DNA from: Gemmatimonas sp. | GTDB lineage: Bacteria; Gemmatimonadota; Gemmatimonadetes; Gemmatimonadales; Gemmatimonadaceae | DNA length: 64,000 nucleotides | Direction: 5' to 3' | Assembly: GCA_965279375.1 (NCBI GenBank) | Contig: OZ257156.1 | Location: 3,424,001 to 3,488,000, forward strand | Shown: positions 1 through 9,795 of the stretch, piece after piece | Position numbering within the stretch: the first letter of the stretch is position 1 | How the letters are laid out: the number at the start of each line of letters is the position of its first letter | Made by a program: the position numbers and the translations under genes | The notes under the pieces: generated by a model | Told to the model about the DNA's origin: nothing | Seen by the model: only the letters and a program-made list of their open reading frames with translations | Database searches by the model: none

Positions 1-219
1 GAGGAAGCTGGAGAAGCCATTGTTGGCGTCGAGCTGAATCGTGTTGCTGGTGAGGGGAAGGTAGTTGATCGTCATACCACCGAGTACACAGGTCAAGCCC
101 GTGCACAAGCCGGAGAATGCGCCGGTAGTGCTGTAGTTGACGGTGACTTGTGCACGGGCGACCTGTGCCGCAGCCGAGAGGCTGATGGCGATCGCCAGGG
201 CTGTGCGAGTCCAACGCAT
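1..219 (-). CDS. Secreted protein, 5' part only (runs off the window); style resembles PEP-CTERM-type surface proteins
   Basis: Not in the ORF track. Manual translation gives MRWTRTALAIAISLSAAAQVARAQVTVNYSTTGAFSGLCTGLTCVLGG..., with a signal peptide (ARA-Q) and an AGGAG RBS upstream. The C-terminus is outside the window. Confidence 0.75.
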   Translation of the reverse strand, partial: MRWTRTALAIAISLSAAAQVARAQVTVNYSTTGAFSGLCTGLTCVLGGMTINYLPLTSNTIQLDANNGFSSFL

Positions 220-357
220 ACGCGCTCCTGCTTCAGAGAGATGGGACGCGAATCGTCGGAATGCCCGCTGTGGATCGCGTCCCGCGCGTACAGAGAGCAA
301 GCCGTGTGCCGCATCACAGTCGTTTGACAGCGTGCGTTCAGGCTGACAGCGTCATGC

Positions 358-948
358 ATGAACTTGCATACCGATTGGCTGCTCGCCATTGCACTCGGGC
401 TCGGACTCGCAGCGGCGAGTGGACTGCGCGTATTCGTGCCACTGCTGGCGCTGAGTTTGGCGTCGTCGTTCGGCTACGTGGACGTGGGGCCAGGATGGGA
501 GTGGCTCGCGTCGCGCGCAGCAATGGTCGCGTTCGGAACGGCGACCGTGCTCGAAGTGGTCGCGTTCGCCGTGCCCTGGCTCGACCACGCGCTCGACGTT
601 GTCGCATCGCCGGCGGCGATCGTGGCGGGAATCCTTGCCTCTGCGTCGGTGCTGGTGGACATGCCACCGCTTCTCAAGTGGAGCATCGCCATCATCGGCG
701 GCGGTGGTATGGCTGGGCTGACACAGGGCGCCACCGTGTTGGCGCGACTCAAGGCTGGGCTATTCACCGGCGGGTTGGCCAACCCGCTCGTCGCGATCGT
801 AGAGCTCGTCGGCGCGGTGTTGCTATCCGCGATGGCGGTGTTCGTGCCGATCGCTGCCTGTGTCTGTGCGCTGTTGCTCGTGGTGTGGGCGTTTCGTCGG
901 CGCGTGCGAGCGGGCGGCACGCCACCGACCACCATACAGCAGCGCTGA
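358..948 (+). CDS. DUF4126 family membrane protein
   Basis: Motifs GLGLAAASGLRVFVPLL, LEVVAFAVPWLDHALD and TGGLANP; multiple hydrophobic segments. Confidence 0.85.
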   Translation: MNLHTDWLLAIALGLGLAAASGLRVFVPLLALSLASSFGYVDVGPGWEWLASRAAMVAFGTATVLEVVAFAVPWLDHALDVVASPAAIVAGILASASVLVDMPPLLKWSIAIIGGGGMAGLTQGATVLARLKAGLFTGGLANPLVAIVELVGAVLLSAMAVFVPIAACVCALLLVVWAFRRRVRAGGTPPTTIQQR

Positions 949-949
949 G

Positions 950-1459
950 CTAGCGGAAGAATGCCACCTGTTCGACGGATACATCAGCGGCGAATTCGCT
1001 GAATCCGGCGACAACGCCGATGCGCAGCAGGCGCGAAGTATCCAGCGGGGTGACGAGAGCTTGCGGCGTGAACGCGGCCCAGTCGAGTCGCACCTCGGTC
1101 CACGTTTCCGAGACGGGCAGTGGGGCGCTGTAGTATTGCCACGGCACGCGCGTGTCGAGGGTTCGCAAATGCACGAAGTAGCGACCGGGGGATCCGCAGA
1201 CCGTGAGGGCGATGCCTGCGTACGCGCTCGCGTCGCGTTCGGCTGCACCGGGTGCGCCGAGTGCGCGCGCCATCTGAACGAAGCCCCCGTTGCGTTCGAG
1301 CGAGACCAATCCTCGCATGCGCAACGCGCGCCTGCCATGAACGATCTCGACGGCGGCATCACCTGTTGAGACGCCACCCATGACGCGGTCGGTGAACAAT
1401 TTCCAGGCGGCCGCGCTGGCCGGCGGTTCTGCGGAAAAGTCGTCGAGCAGCAGCGTCAT
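950..1459 (-). CDS. CIA30 family protein (complex I intermediate-associated protein 30 / CBM11-like)
   Basis: Motifs W..FTDRVMGGVS.G and G.VSLERNGGF. Confidence 0.88.
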   Translation of the reverse strand: MTLLLDDFSAEPPASAAAWKLFTDRVMGGVSTGDAAVEIVHGRRALRMRGLVSLERNGGFVQMARALGAPGAAERDASAYAGIALTVCGSPGRYFVHLRTLDTRVPWQYYSAPLPVSETWTEVRLDWAAFTPQALVTPLDTSRLLRIGVVAGFSEFAADVSVEQVAFFR

Positions 1460-1537
1460 GCGAGGTGGGAGAGGCGCGATGCCGAATGCGCGACGCGCGT
1501 GTGAGACTACGGCGAACGCGGCGTCGCGTCCGGGACC

Positions 1538-3349
1538 CTAGCCCAACGCGCTATCCGCAGCGGCGAGGGGTGCAAGAATCGCGCGCGCCAGCGGTTCAGG
1601 GAACTCATGCACGGACACATCGTGCGTCGCACCGTCATCCACGTCGCGTTGCGTGATGGTCACGCAGGTGGCCGCGCCCATCCCGCGCACGACGCCCGAG
1701 AGTTCCGACGTGTGTCCCGTGCGGCGGTGCGTGAGCGTCGCTACCCAGTGGTCGTGTTCGTCGTCGAGGCCGCGCTCGCTGCGCAGTGCGATCTCGAAGC
1801 TCGCAACGCGACTGTGCAGCGTGCCGGCGGCTGCTGCGGCGATGGCACCGGCTGCGACGCCCCATGCGGCATCACGATGGGGAAGCGCTTCGCGCACGAA
1901 GAGCTCGCTCGCGCTCCCGGACGCGTGGCCACGTGCGTTCTCGAGTCGGCGCATGAATTCCGGCGCGAGTCGTGCGGCCATGCCCGAGAGTTCGAGCACG
2001 CGCGCGGCGTAGCGCAGCACCTGGCGCGTTTCGATACGCTCGACTTCGTCGAAGAACCACGCGCACGAGGTGAACATGCGCAGCGTCGCGCGTTCGAGCT
2101 CGAGCAACTCACGGGCGCGCTGCAGCTCTGCCGCCGATGCGTCATTTCGCACTGCGTCTTGCACGAACGTCGCCAGGGCGTCGCCGTCGAGCGCGACCAC
2201 GGCGCCATATGCATCGCGCACCGACCAAGGGTCTGCGGCAAAGAGCGACTGGCCTTCACGTTCGAAGACCGCATGTCCATGTTCGGCCAACCACTGCAAC
2301 GCCTCGCGGAGCGGTCCACGCCACTCCTGCGCCGGCGGCTTGCTGCCGTCCAGTCGGCAACCACAGTTGCTGCGCCACCGTTCGACACCGTGCGCGCAGC
2401 TCCACGCGGACGGCGAGACGAGCGTGACATCGACCGTGGGCGGATGCCGCGCGATCAGTGCGGCGGGATTGATGATGTGCCCTGTGCCGCGCTTCGTGAC
2501 CTGCACGAGTGCTTCGGCGAGTGTTCCGTCTCCGCCGCGGTGATGATGGCCGAACGTCTCTCCGTCCGTCGCGAGCGTTGTACAGCGCACGATGCCGTCG
2601 TGCATGAGCTCCGGACGCGCGAGACGATTGGCCAGCGACGCGGGATCGCGCAGGAGCCCACCGAATGCCACTTCACCCGCGAGATTCCCGTCGTACGGCA
2701 GAATCGCCAGTTCGCGTTTGTTCGCACCGCGCCAACGCACCGGCATGCCGTGCGTACCATCGTGGCCGCGTACCTGATACGGCGCGAGAATCGTGAAGCG
2801 AATGCCTTCTTCAGCCAGCACTTCCAGCGTCTCTTCATCCACTGCGCATTCGGGGAGCCACATGCCCTCGGGCTCGCGACCGAACCGCTTGCGAAAGTCG
2901 GCCATACCCCAGCGCACTTCGGTGACCTTGTCGCGACGCGACGCCAGCGGCAGGATGACGTGATGGTACGGCGCGGCGATGGCGTTGCCATGTCCCCAAC
3001 GCTTGACGCTCGCGGCATCGCCCGCCTGCATGGCGGCGAGCGTGTGCGGCGCTTCGTCCTGCAGCCACTCACAAAGCGTGGCGCCCACATCGAACGAGCA
3101 CCACGCGTACAGGTTGATCAGCCTCGACAGACCAGCGCGCGCATCTGGATCACGCGCCGCCGCACGCGGATCGCGCAGTCTGGCCTCTGCCTGCGCTAAC
3201 CGTGCGTAGCACTCGCGATCGATGCGCGCGTTCCAGTCGTGGTCCGGCGCCGCCGACGGTTCCACGCCCACCTGCTCGAGCCACGGATCCTCGCGCGGCG
3301 GTTGGTAGCAGTGCGCGTGTACGATCAGCGATTGGAGCAGCGAGGTCAT
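1538..3349 (-). CDS. GH57 family glycoside hydrolase with DUF3536 domain
   Basis: HAHCYQPPREDPW, GMWLPECAVD (nucleophile Glu), ATDGETFGHH (acid Asp), WSCAHGVERWRSNCGC, MFTSCAWFFDE. Confidence 0.9.
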   Translation of the reverse strand: MTSLLQSLIVHAHCYQPPREDPWLEQVGVEPSAAPDHDWNARIDRECYARLAQAEARLRDPRAAARDPDARAGLSRLINLYAWCSFDVGATLCEWLQDEAPHTLAAMQAGDAASVKRWGHGNAIAAPYHHVILPLASRRDKVTEVRWGMADFRKRFGREPEGMWLPECAVDEETLEVLAEEGIRFTILAPYQVRGHDGTHGMPVRWRGANKRELAILPYDGNLAGEVAFGGLLRDPASLANRLARPELMHDGIVRCTTLATDGETFGHHHRGGDGTLAEALVQVTKRGTGHIINPAALIARHPPTVDVTLVSPSAWSCAHGVERWRSNCGCRLDGSKPPAQEWRGPLREALQWLAEHGHAVFEREGQSLFAADPWSVRDAYGAVVALDGDALATFVQDAVRNDASAAELQRARELLELERATLRMFTSCAWFFDEVERIETRQVLRYAARVLELSGMAARLAPEFMRRLENARGHASGSASELFVREALPHRDAAWGVAAGAIAAAAAGTLHSRVASFEIALRSERGLDDEHDHWVATLTHRRTGHTSELSGVVRGMGAATCVTITQRDVDDGATHDVSVHEFPEPLARAILAPLAAADSALG

Positions 3350-3376
3350 CGTTCTCTGGTACAGGTGGACGCGCGA

Positions 3377-4891
3377 TCAGCCGCGCTGTCGTGCAATCGA
3401 CGTGGCTCGTCGGTAAACCTCGGCATACCGCTCGGCGGACAGGCCCCAGCCAAAGTCGCGCCCCATCGCCGCGTGCATGCGTGGCTCCCACTGCTCGGGC
3501 GCGGCGAAGCGTGTCAGCGCGCGCGACATCGCCCAGTCCATGGCGCCCGCGTTGAACTCGTCGAAGAGAAAGCCTGTCTTGTCGTCCTCGACCGTGTCCG
3601 CGATGCCACCGACACGACGTCCGATGGGCAGCGCGCCGTAGCGCTGCGCGCGCATCTGCGTGAGGCCGCACGGCTCGTACTGCGACGGCATCAGGAACAT
3701 GTCCGCGCCGGCCATCAGGCGATGCTCGAGGCGATCGGTAAAGTCGAGCTGCACACCGACATTGCGCGGACGGAGCGAGGCCAATCGCGTGAGGGCGCTT
3801 TCGTAGCGCTTTTCACCGGCGCCCAGAAAGACGAACTGCGCGTCGAGATTCCAGACGAGATACGAATTGAGAATCAGGTCGAGCCCTTTCTGCGTCACCA
3901 TGCGACCGGTCATGCCGATGAGCGGTGTGCGCTTGCGTTGCGGGAGTCCGAAGAGACGCTGCAGCGCGAGTTTGCACTTGGCCTTGTTGCTCACGTCGTC
4001 CCGCGAGTAGTGCGCGGTGATCTGATCGTCGGTGCGCGGGTCCCACACGGTCTGGTCGATGCCGTTGGTGATGCCGGTGAAGCGCTCGCTCAACCAGCGG
4101 AACACCTCCTGCAATCCAAAACCGCCGCCGGGCGTGCGTAACTCTGCGGCGTGTGTCGGACTGACCGTCACGACCATGTCCGCGAACGTGAGTCCACCCT
4201 TGAGCAGGTTGATGCGGTCGTACCACTCGAGGTGCCGGTAGTTGTACACCTCGGGCGGGATGCCACAGTCGTTGAGCTGATCGGCGGGGAAGTGTCCCTG
4301 ATAGCCGGCGTTATGTACCGACAGCACCGTCGGCGTGGCGGCGAACCGCTCGCGCAGGCCGCCGTAGGTTCGCATGTACATCAGCGCCAACGACGTGTGC
4401 CAATCGTGCGCGTGGATGAGCACCGGCCCCTGAATCAGGCGCGGGATGCCATCGAGCACGGCGCGGGAGAACATGGCGAACCGGCGCGCGTTGTCGGCGT
4501 AGTCGCGACCGCCTTCGGCATAGAGCCCGACGCGATTGAAATACTCCGGGATGTCGACGAAGACGACTTTGGGTCCTGGCGCCGGATGCACTTCCCGAAA
4601 GAAGCGCACCTCGGAGCCGCGGAAGCCCAACTCCACGCGGATTGGGCGACCGAGTGGGGCAAGGTCGGGCGCATGATCGCGCACCGTGCGATACAGCGGC
4701 ACGAAGACGACGACGGTCGCCCCGGCCTTCACTTGGTAATTCGCCAGCCCCATGACGGCTTCGGCGAGTCCGCCCGTACGTGCGTACGGGCTGTACTCGG
4801 CCGTCAGGTGAACGATTGTCGGTGCGTCGCTGGCCGACGGACCAACCACCGGCGCGCCAAGGTTAGGCGTCGGCATCGAGACTCGGTTCAT
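3377..4891 (-). CDS. glgA: Glycogen synthase (GT5)
   Basis: EYSPYARTGGLAE, HAHDWH, HNAGYQG, GITNGID, MPSQYEPCGLTQM. Confidence 0.93.
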   Translation of the reverse strand: MNRVSMPTPNLGAPVVGPSASDAPTIVHLTAEYSPYARTGGLAEAVMGLANYQVKAGATVVVFVPLYRTVRDHAPDLAPLGRPIRVELGFRGSEVRFFREVHPAPGPKVVFVDIPEYFNRVGLYAEGGRDYADNARRFAMFSRAVLDGIPRLIQGPVLIHAHDWHTSLALMYMRTYGGLRERFAATPTVLSVHNAGYQGHFPADQLNDCGIPPEVYNYRHLEWYDRINLLKGGLTFADMVVTVSPTHAAELRTPGGGFGLQEVFRWLSERFTGITNGIDQTVWDPRTDDQITAHYSRDDVSNKAKCKLALQRLFGLPQRKRTPLIGMTGRMVTQKGLDLILNSYLVWNLDAQFVFLGAGEKRYESALTRLASLRPRNVGVQLDFTDRLEHRLMAGADMFLMPSQYEPCGLTQMRAQRYGALPIGRRVGGIADTVEDDKTGFLFDEFNAGAMDWAMSRALTRFAAPEQWEPRMHAAMGRDFGWGLSAERYAEVYRRATSIARQRG

Positions 4892-4921
4892 CAGGCGACC
4901 GTCTGGGGCTGAAAGCGAACG

Positions 4922-7105
4922 TCAGGCAATTGGCGGATCGTCGGGGAGCACGTCGCCCAGAATGGACGGCGCATAGTACGAGCGCGCGTACTGTTCGACC
5001 ATGCGCCGAGCCGTGAAATGCTGGCCGGCGACACGGATCGCGTTCTTCATCATCGTCAGCCACGCGCGCGGCAGTCCCATCGCGTCGCGCTCGTAGTACT
5101 TGGGCACGACTTCCTTCTCCAGCAGCTCATACAGCCGAGCGGCCGGAATGCTCCGGTCGTCGCTGTCTTCCTCGGGCTGGATCGCCCAGCCGTTGTTGCC
5201 CTCGAAGCCTTCTTCCCACCAGCCGTCGATCGTGGAGAACTGCGGCACGCCGTTGAGCGCCGCCTTCATACCGCTCGTTCCCGACGCTTCCATCGGCACA
5301 CGCGGCATGTTCATCCACACGTCCACGCCCTGCACGAGCAGATGCGCGAGGTGCATGCCGTAGTCTTCGACGAACGCAACGCGTCCCTCGAAGCGCGGGT
5401 CGCGCGTGAACTGGTAGACGTTCTGCAGCACCTGCTTGCCGGGGTTGTCCGCTGGGTGGGCCTTTCCAGCGAAGACGATCTGCACCGGGCGTGAGCTGTT
5501 GGTCACGAGCGCGCGGAGGCGTTCCACGTCCGCGAAGATCAAGTCCGCGCGCTTGTACGTGGCAAAGCGGCGCGCGAAACCGATGGTGAGCACGTGCGGA
5601 TCGAGCAGCGGGCCGGCGCCGACCAGCTGCGCCGTCTCGAGCGTGCGTTCGGCGAAGGCGCGACGGGCCTCTTCGCGCACGCGGCGCATGAGGGTGTGCT
5701 TGAGACGCATGTGCGTGAACCAAAGCGTCTCGTCATCCATGGACAGGATCTGATTCCAGACGGACGGATCGTTGCCATGTCCCCACCACGGCCCGAGGTG
5801 CTTGTCGAGCAGCTGCATGATCGGGCTGGCCATCCACGTGGCGAGGTGCACGCCGTTGGTGATGTAGCCGACGGGCACGTCTTCCGCAGCGCGGCCCGGC
5901 CACAACGGCTTGCACAGCTCGCGCGAGACGATGCCATGGCGACGCGAGACGGCGTTGATCCGGCGCGACATGCGGATGGACGCCGCCGTCATGTGGAACG
6001 AGTTCGCACCCGCCTCAGGGTGGTAGCCCAGTCGCACGAACGCCTGCGCGTCGATGCCCATCTCCTTCCACATGCCACCGGCGCACTGCGCCACTTCCTG
6101 CACGCCGAACTGGTCGTGCCCGGCGGGCACCGGCGTGTGCGTCGTGAAGACGCTGCAGCTACGCACCTGCTTGATCGCGTCGGCAAACGACACGCCCTTC
6201 ACGGTGAGTTCGCGCACGCGCTCGATCATCATGAACGCAGCGTGCCCTTCGTTGGCATGCCATGCGGCCGGTTCGATGCCCATCGCGCGCAGCGCACGCA
6301 CGCCACCGACGCCGAGCAACCACTCCTGACGCAGGCGCATGGCCGGTCCGCCGGAGTAGAGCTTGGAGAGGAGCGGGCGATCGTCCGGATGGTTCTCAGG
6401 GAGATCGGAGTCGAGCAGGTACACCGGCACGCGTCCCACTTCGAGCTTCCAGACGCGGATGTTGATGTCGCGTCCAAATGTGTTGACCGTGACGAGGTGC
6501 GCCTGGCCATCGGGGCCGGGAACCGGTGCGATCGGCACGGAGCTCAGTGCAAACTTGTTGTCCGAGTCTTCCTGCCAGCCATCGGGGCGGATGCTCTGAT
6601 CGAAGTAGCCGTTGCGATAGAGGATGCCCACGGCCACGAGCGGCACGCCGAGGTCGGACGCCGTCTTGAGATGGTCACCGGCGAGTACGCCCAGACCGCC
6701 CGAGTAAATGGGCACCGAGTTGTGAATGCCGAACTCAGCGCAGAAGTACGCAACGGGCTTGCCGCGCAACTCGGGGAAGGTGCGCGAGTACCACGTGTGT
6801 TCGTCGGACTTTTCCGTGGCCAGCCACTGCATCGCCCGATCGTAGCGCGCGCAGAAGGCCATGTCGTCGGCGAGCGTGACGAGACGCGCCGGGTCCACCT
6901 GCTGCAGCAGCTGGATCGGGTTGTGTCGCAGGCGATTCCAGAGGGCATCGTCGATCTCGCGAAAGAGCGCGCGCGCATCGCGGTTCCAGCTCCACGCGAG
7001 GTTGTGCGCGAGCTGTGCGAGCCCCGACAGACGCTCGGGGATCGGCTGGAAGTACGCGTTCGCCAGAGCGACGGGAACGTTCGGATCGATTGCGGTGGCT
7101 GTCAT
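4922..7105 (-). CDS. glgP: Alpha-glucan (glycogen) phosphorylase
   Basis: YSGGLGVLAGD, NEGHAAF, FTTHTPVPAGHD, ARRFATYKRA, EASGTSGMKA (PLP lysine). Start placed at MTATAIDP. Confidence 0.95.
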   Translation of the reverse strand: MTATAIDPNVPVALANAYFQPIPERLSGLAQLAHNLAWSWNRDARALFREIDDALWNRLRHNPIQLLQQVDPARLVTLADDMAFCARYDRAMQWLATEKSDEHTWYSRTFPELRGKPVAYFCAEFGIHNSVPIYSGGLGVLAGDHLKTASDLGVPLVAVGILYRNGYFDQSIRPDGWQEDSDNKFALSSVPIAPVPGPDGQAHLVTVNTFGRDINIRVWKLEVGRVPVYLLDSDLPENHPDDRPLLSKLYSGGPAMRLRQEWLLGVGGVRALRAMGIEPAAWHANEGHAAFMMIERVRELTVKGVSFADAIKQVRSCSVFTTHTPVPAGHDQFGVQEVAQCAGGMWKEMGIDAQAFVRLGYHPEAGANSFHMTAASIRMSRRINAVSRRHGIVSRELCKPLWPGRAAEDVPVGYITNGVHLATWMASPIMQLLDKHLGPWWGHGNDPSVWNQILSMDDETLWFTHMRLKHTLMRRVREEARRAFAERTLETAQLVGAGPLLDPHVLTIGFARRFATYKRADLIFADVERLRALVTNSSRPVQIVFAGKAHPADNPGKQVLQNVYQFTRDPRFEGRVAFVEDYGMHLAHLLVQGVDVWMNMPRVPMEASGTSGMKAALNGVPQFSTIDGWWEEGFEGNNGWAIQPEEDSDDRSIPAARLYELLEKEVVPKYYERDAMGLPRAWLTMMKNAIRVAGQHFTARRMVEQYARSYYAPSILGDVLPDDPPIA

Positions 7106-7271
7106 GGAAAGTCGACGGCAGAGAATGCAGCACCCCCGTGTGGGATGCCACGATATTCGCTCGGAAAGGTACCCAAGCGTGCGCGGGTGTGGACAGGCCG
7201 GTGGTCCCGGACTAACCTGCGGGACCCGGTCGTCCGTGTAGAGGACGGTTGCGTCCCCGATTTGGTCATTG

Positions 7272-9785
7272 ATGCCGCCACGCCAGCAATCCGTCGAGCT
7301 GTTCAAGTTCGGTGGCGCGTCGCTTGCCGACGCTGCCGCCGTGACGCACGCGATCTCCATCATCGCGGCTCCCCGTCGTGCTCGTCTCGTTACGGTCGTG
7401 TCGGCGCTCGCCGGCGTGACCGACCAGTTACTTGCGCTGGCGACGACGGCCCTCACCGGCGATCAGGACGCGGTTGACGCGCGCATCGCCGCAGTACACA
7501 CGCTGCATCGGAAGGTGGCCACCGCGATCGTCACCGGCGTGCGACCGCAGCGCGCGTTGCATCAGGACATCGAGGCCGCCTTCGACGACCTGCGCACATT
7601 GCTGCAGGGCGTCTCGAGCCTGCGCGAACTGACGCCGCGCACGCGCGATTTTATCGTAGCGCGTGGCGAGCAGCTGTCTGCACAGCTTGTGGTGGCGGGG
7701 CTCAAGGCCAAGAAGATTCGCGCCGAGTACGTGGACGCGTCGTCGTTGATTCTCACCGACGGTGCCTTCGGCGGCGCATTCCCCGATCTGGCCAGCACGG
7801 ACCGCGTCGTGCGCGCCACGCTGTTGCCGATGCTGCGCCGCCGGATTCTGCCAGTCGTGCCCGGCTTTGTGGGCGCCGCTCCCGACGGCGCGGTGGTCAC
7901 CCTCGGCCGCGGTGGCAGCGATCTCACGGCGACTGTCATCGGGCGCTCGTTGCGTGCCGAACGGATCACGTTGTGGAAGGACGTGCCGGGGCTGATGACG
8001 ACCGATCCGCGGCTCGTGCCGACGGCGCGCATCATCCCGCAGCTCAACGTGCGCGAAGCGGCAGAGCTGGCGTACTACGGCGCCAAGGTGCTGCAACCGC
8101 GCGCGCTGATCCCGCTTGCAAGACTTCGTATTCCGGTGTTCGTGCGTCCGTTCGCCGAACCCGAGGCGCCGGGCACCGAGATCTCGATGCGTCGCACGCT
8201 GACGCGCTATCCGGTCAAGGCGCTGTCGGTCATCCGCGGGCAGGCACTGGTCACGGTCACTGGCAACGGCATGCTCGGGGTGCCCGGCATTTCGGCGCGC
8301 ACGTTCGCTGCACTGCACGCGGCGCAGATCAACGTGGCGATGATCTCGCAGGCGTCGTCCGAGCATTCCATCTGCCTGTGCGTGCCCGCCGAGCGTGCCA
8401 ACGACGCGCGCGTTGCGCTGGAGACGGCGTTCGCGGTGGAGCTCTCGCGCCGCGAACTGGAAGGCGTGGACGTGCAGCTTGGCATGGCGATGCTGGCCGT
8501 CGTCGGACTTGGTATGGCAGGTTCGCCGGGCATCGCGGCGCGCATGTTCCGCTCGCTCTCTGATGCCGGTGTGAACATCGTCGCGATCGCGCAGGGCTCG
8601 TCGGAGCTCAATATCTCGGTGGTGATTGGTGCCACGGACGCGGAGACCGCGGCGCGCGCCGTGCACGACGAGTTCCAGATGGACAAGATCGGCGGCGGTG
8701 GCATTCGCCAGACCGATCGACTCGATGTGGTGGTGCTCGGCTTTGGTCTGATTGGGCGCGAACTGGTGCGCATGCTGCCGCGCGTGAAGACGCGCGTGCG
8801 TCCCAACATCGTCGCGCTGATCGATCGCAGCGGCTTCCTGTTTGCGCCTGGTGGCATTGCGCCGCGCAAGCTGGCCGCGCTGGCCGACAAGAAGGCGGAA
8901 GGGCGCCCGCTGGCGGAGTTCGAGGGTGGTGTGGCGGCGACCGCCAACGAAGCCATCGCGCACATCGCCAAGCACGCGCTGGTTAGCCCCGTCGTGGCCG
9001 ATCTGACGGCCAACGAAACACTACCGGCGCTGCGCACAGCGCTCACGGCCGGCATGGACGTCGTGCTCGCCAACAAGCGCCCACTGTCCGCGCCGCTCGT
9101 CGAGGTGGAGGCGTTTCAGGCACTGGCGCGCAAGCACGGGCGTCGCATCCTGCACGAGACCACGGTGGGTGCCGGTCTGCCGGTGATGGATTCGTACGCC
9201 AAGCTCGTGGAAACGGGCGACAAGGTGCTGCGCATCGAAGGATGCACGTCGGGCACGCTGGGCTTCCTGCTCACTGATATCGGCCGCGGTCGTCCGTTCA
9301 GCGAAACGTTGCGCAAGGCGATGAGCCTGGGCTTTACCGAGCCCGATCCGCGCGACGACTTGTCGGGAATGGACGTGGCGCGCAAGGCGCTGATTCTCGC
9401 GCGACTGTTGGGCTTCAAGGGTGAGCTGTCGGACGTGACCGTCGAGAGTCTCGTCCCGGTGGCGTATCGCAAGCTGCCGCTCGCGTCGTTCCTCGCGAAG
9501 CTGGAGCAGCAGGACGCGGGCTGGGCGGAGCGTCAGGCGGCGGCGCAGAAGCAGGAGCGCGTGCTGCGCTATGTGCTCAGCGTGACCGCGCGTCGGGTGC
9601 AGGTGGGACTGCGCGCCGTGCCGCTGTCGCATCCGCTGGCCGGACTGCGCGGCACCGACAACCAGATCGTCTTCACCACTCTGCGCTATCGCGAGCATCC
9701 GCTCGTGATCACTGGACCGGGCGCCGGGCCAGCAGTAACAGCGGCCGGTGTGCTCAACGACATTCTGCAACTCGCTCCCAAGTGA
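7272..9785 (+). CDS. thrA: Bifunctional aspartate kinase / homoserine dehydrogenase
   Basis: FKFGGASLAD, TLGRGGSDLTA, two ACT domains, GFGLIG, LANKRPL, ETTVGAGLPV, EPDPRDDLSGMDVARK. Confidence 0.95.
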   Translation: MPPRQQSVELFKFGGASLADAAAVTHAISIIAAPRRARLVTVVSALAGVTDQLLALATTALTGDQDAVDARIAAVHTLHRKVATAIVTGVRPQRALHQDIEAAFDDLRTLLQGVSSLRELTPRTRDFIVARGEQLSAQLVVAGLKAKKIRAEYVDASSLILTDGAFGGAFPDLASTDRVVRATLLPMLRRRILPVVPGFVGAAPDGAVVTLGRGGSDLTATVIGRSLRAERITLWKDVPGLMTTDPRLVPTARIIPQLNVREAAELAYYGAKVLQPRALIPLARLRIPVFVRPFAEPEAPGTEISMRRTLTRYPVKALSVIRGQALVTVTGNGMLGVPGISARTFAALHAAQINVAMISQASSEHSICLCVPAERANDARVALETAFAVELSRRELEGVDVQLGMAMLAVVGLGMAGSPGIAARMFRSLSDAGVNIVAIAQGSSELNISVVIGATDAETAARAVHDEFQMDKIGGGGIRQTDRLDVVVLGFGLIGRELVRMLPRVKTRVRPNIVALIDRSGFLFAPGGIAPRKLAALADKKAEGRPLAEFEGGVAATANEAIAHIAKHALVSPVVADLTANETLPALRTALTAGMDVVLANKRPLSAPLVEVEAFQALARKHGRRILHETTVGAGLPVMDSYAKLVETGDKVLRIEGCTSGTLGFLLTDIGRGRPFSETLRKAMSLGFTEPDPRDDLSGMDVARKALILARLLGFKGELSDVTVESLVPVAYRKLPLASFLAKLEQQDAGWAERQAAAQKQERVLRYVLSVTARRVQVGLRAVPLSHPLAGLRGTDNQIVFTTLRYREHPLVITGPGAGPAVTAAGVLNDILQLAPK

Positions 9786-9795
9786 GCCACAACCA

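Noticed and set aside
7106..7271. Possible thr attenuator or riboswitch before thrA
   Set aside because: I found no Thr/Ile-rich leader peptide, no terminator with a U-tract and no recognisable riboswitch core.
4922..7456. ORF-track N-terminal extensions (glgP, thrC, M28, TonB-C, S9, NMO, DUF4249, CruG-like, PII)
   Set aside because: The extensions overlap neighbouring genes or promoters. Starts were moved to codons supported by RBS, signal peptide or family N-terminus.
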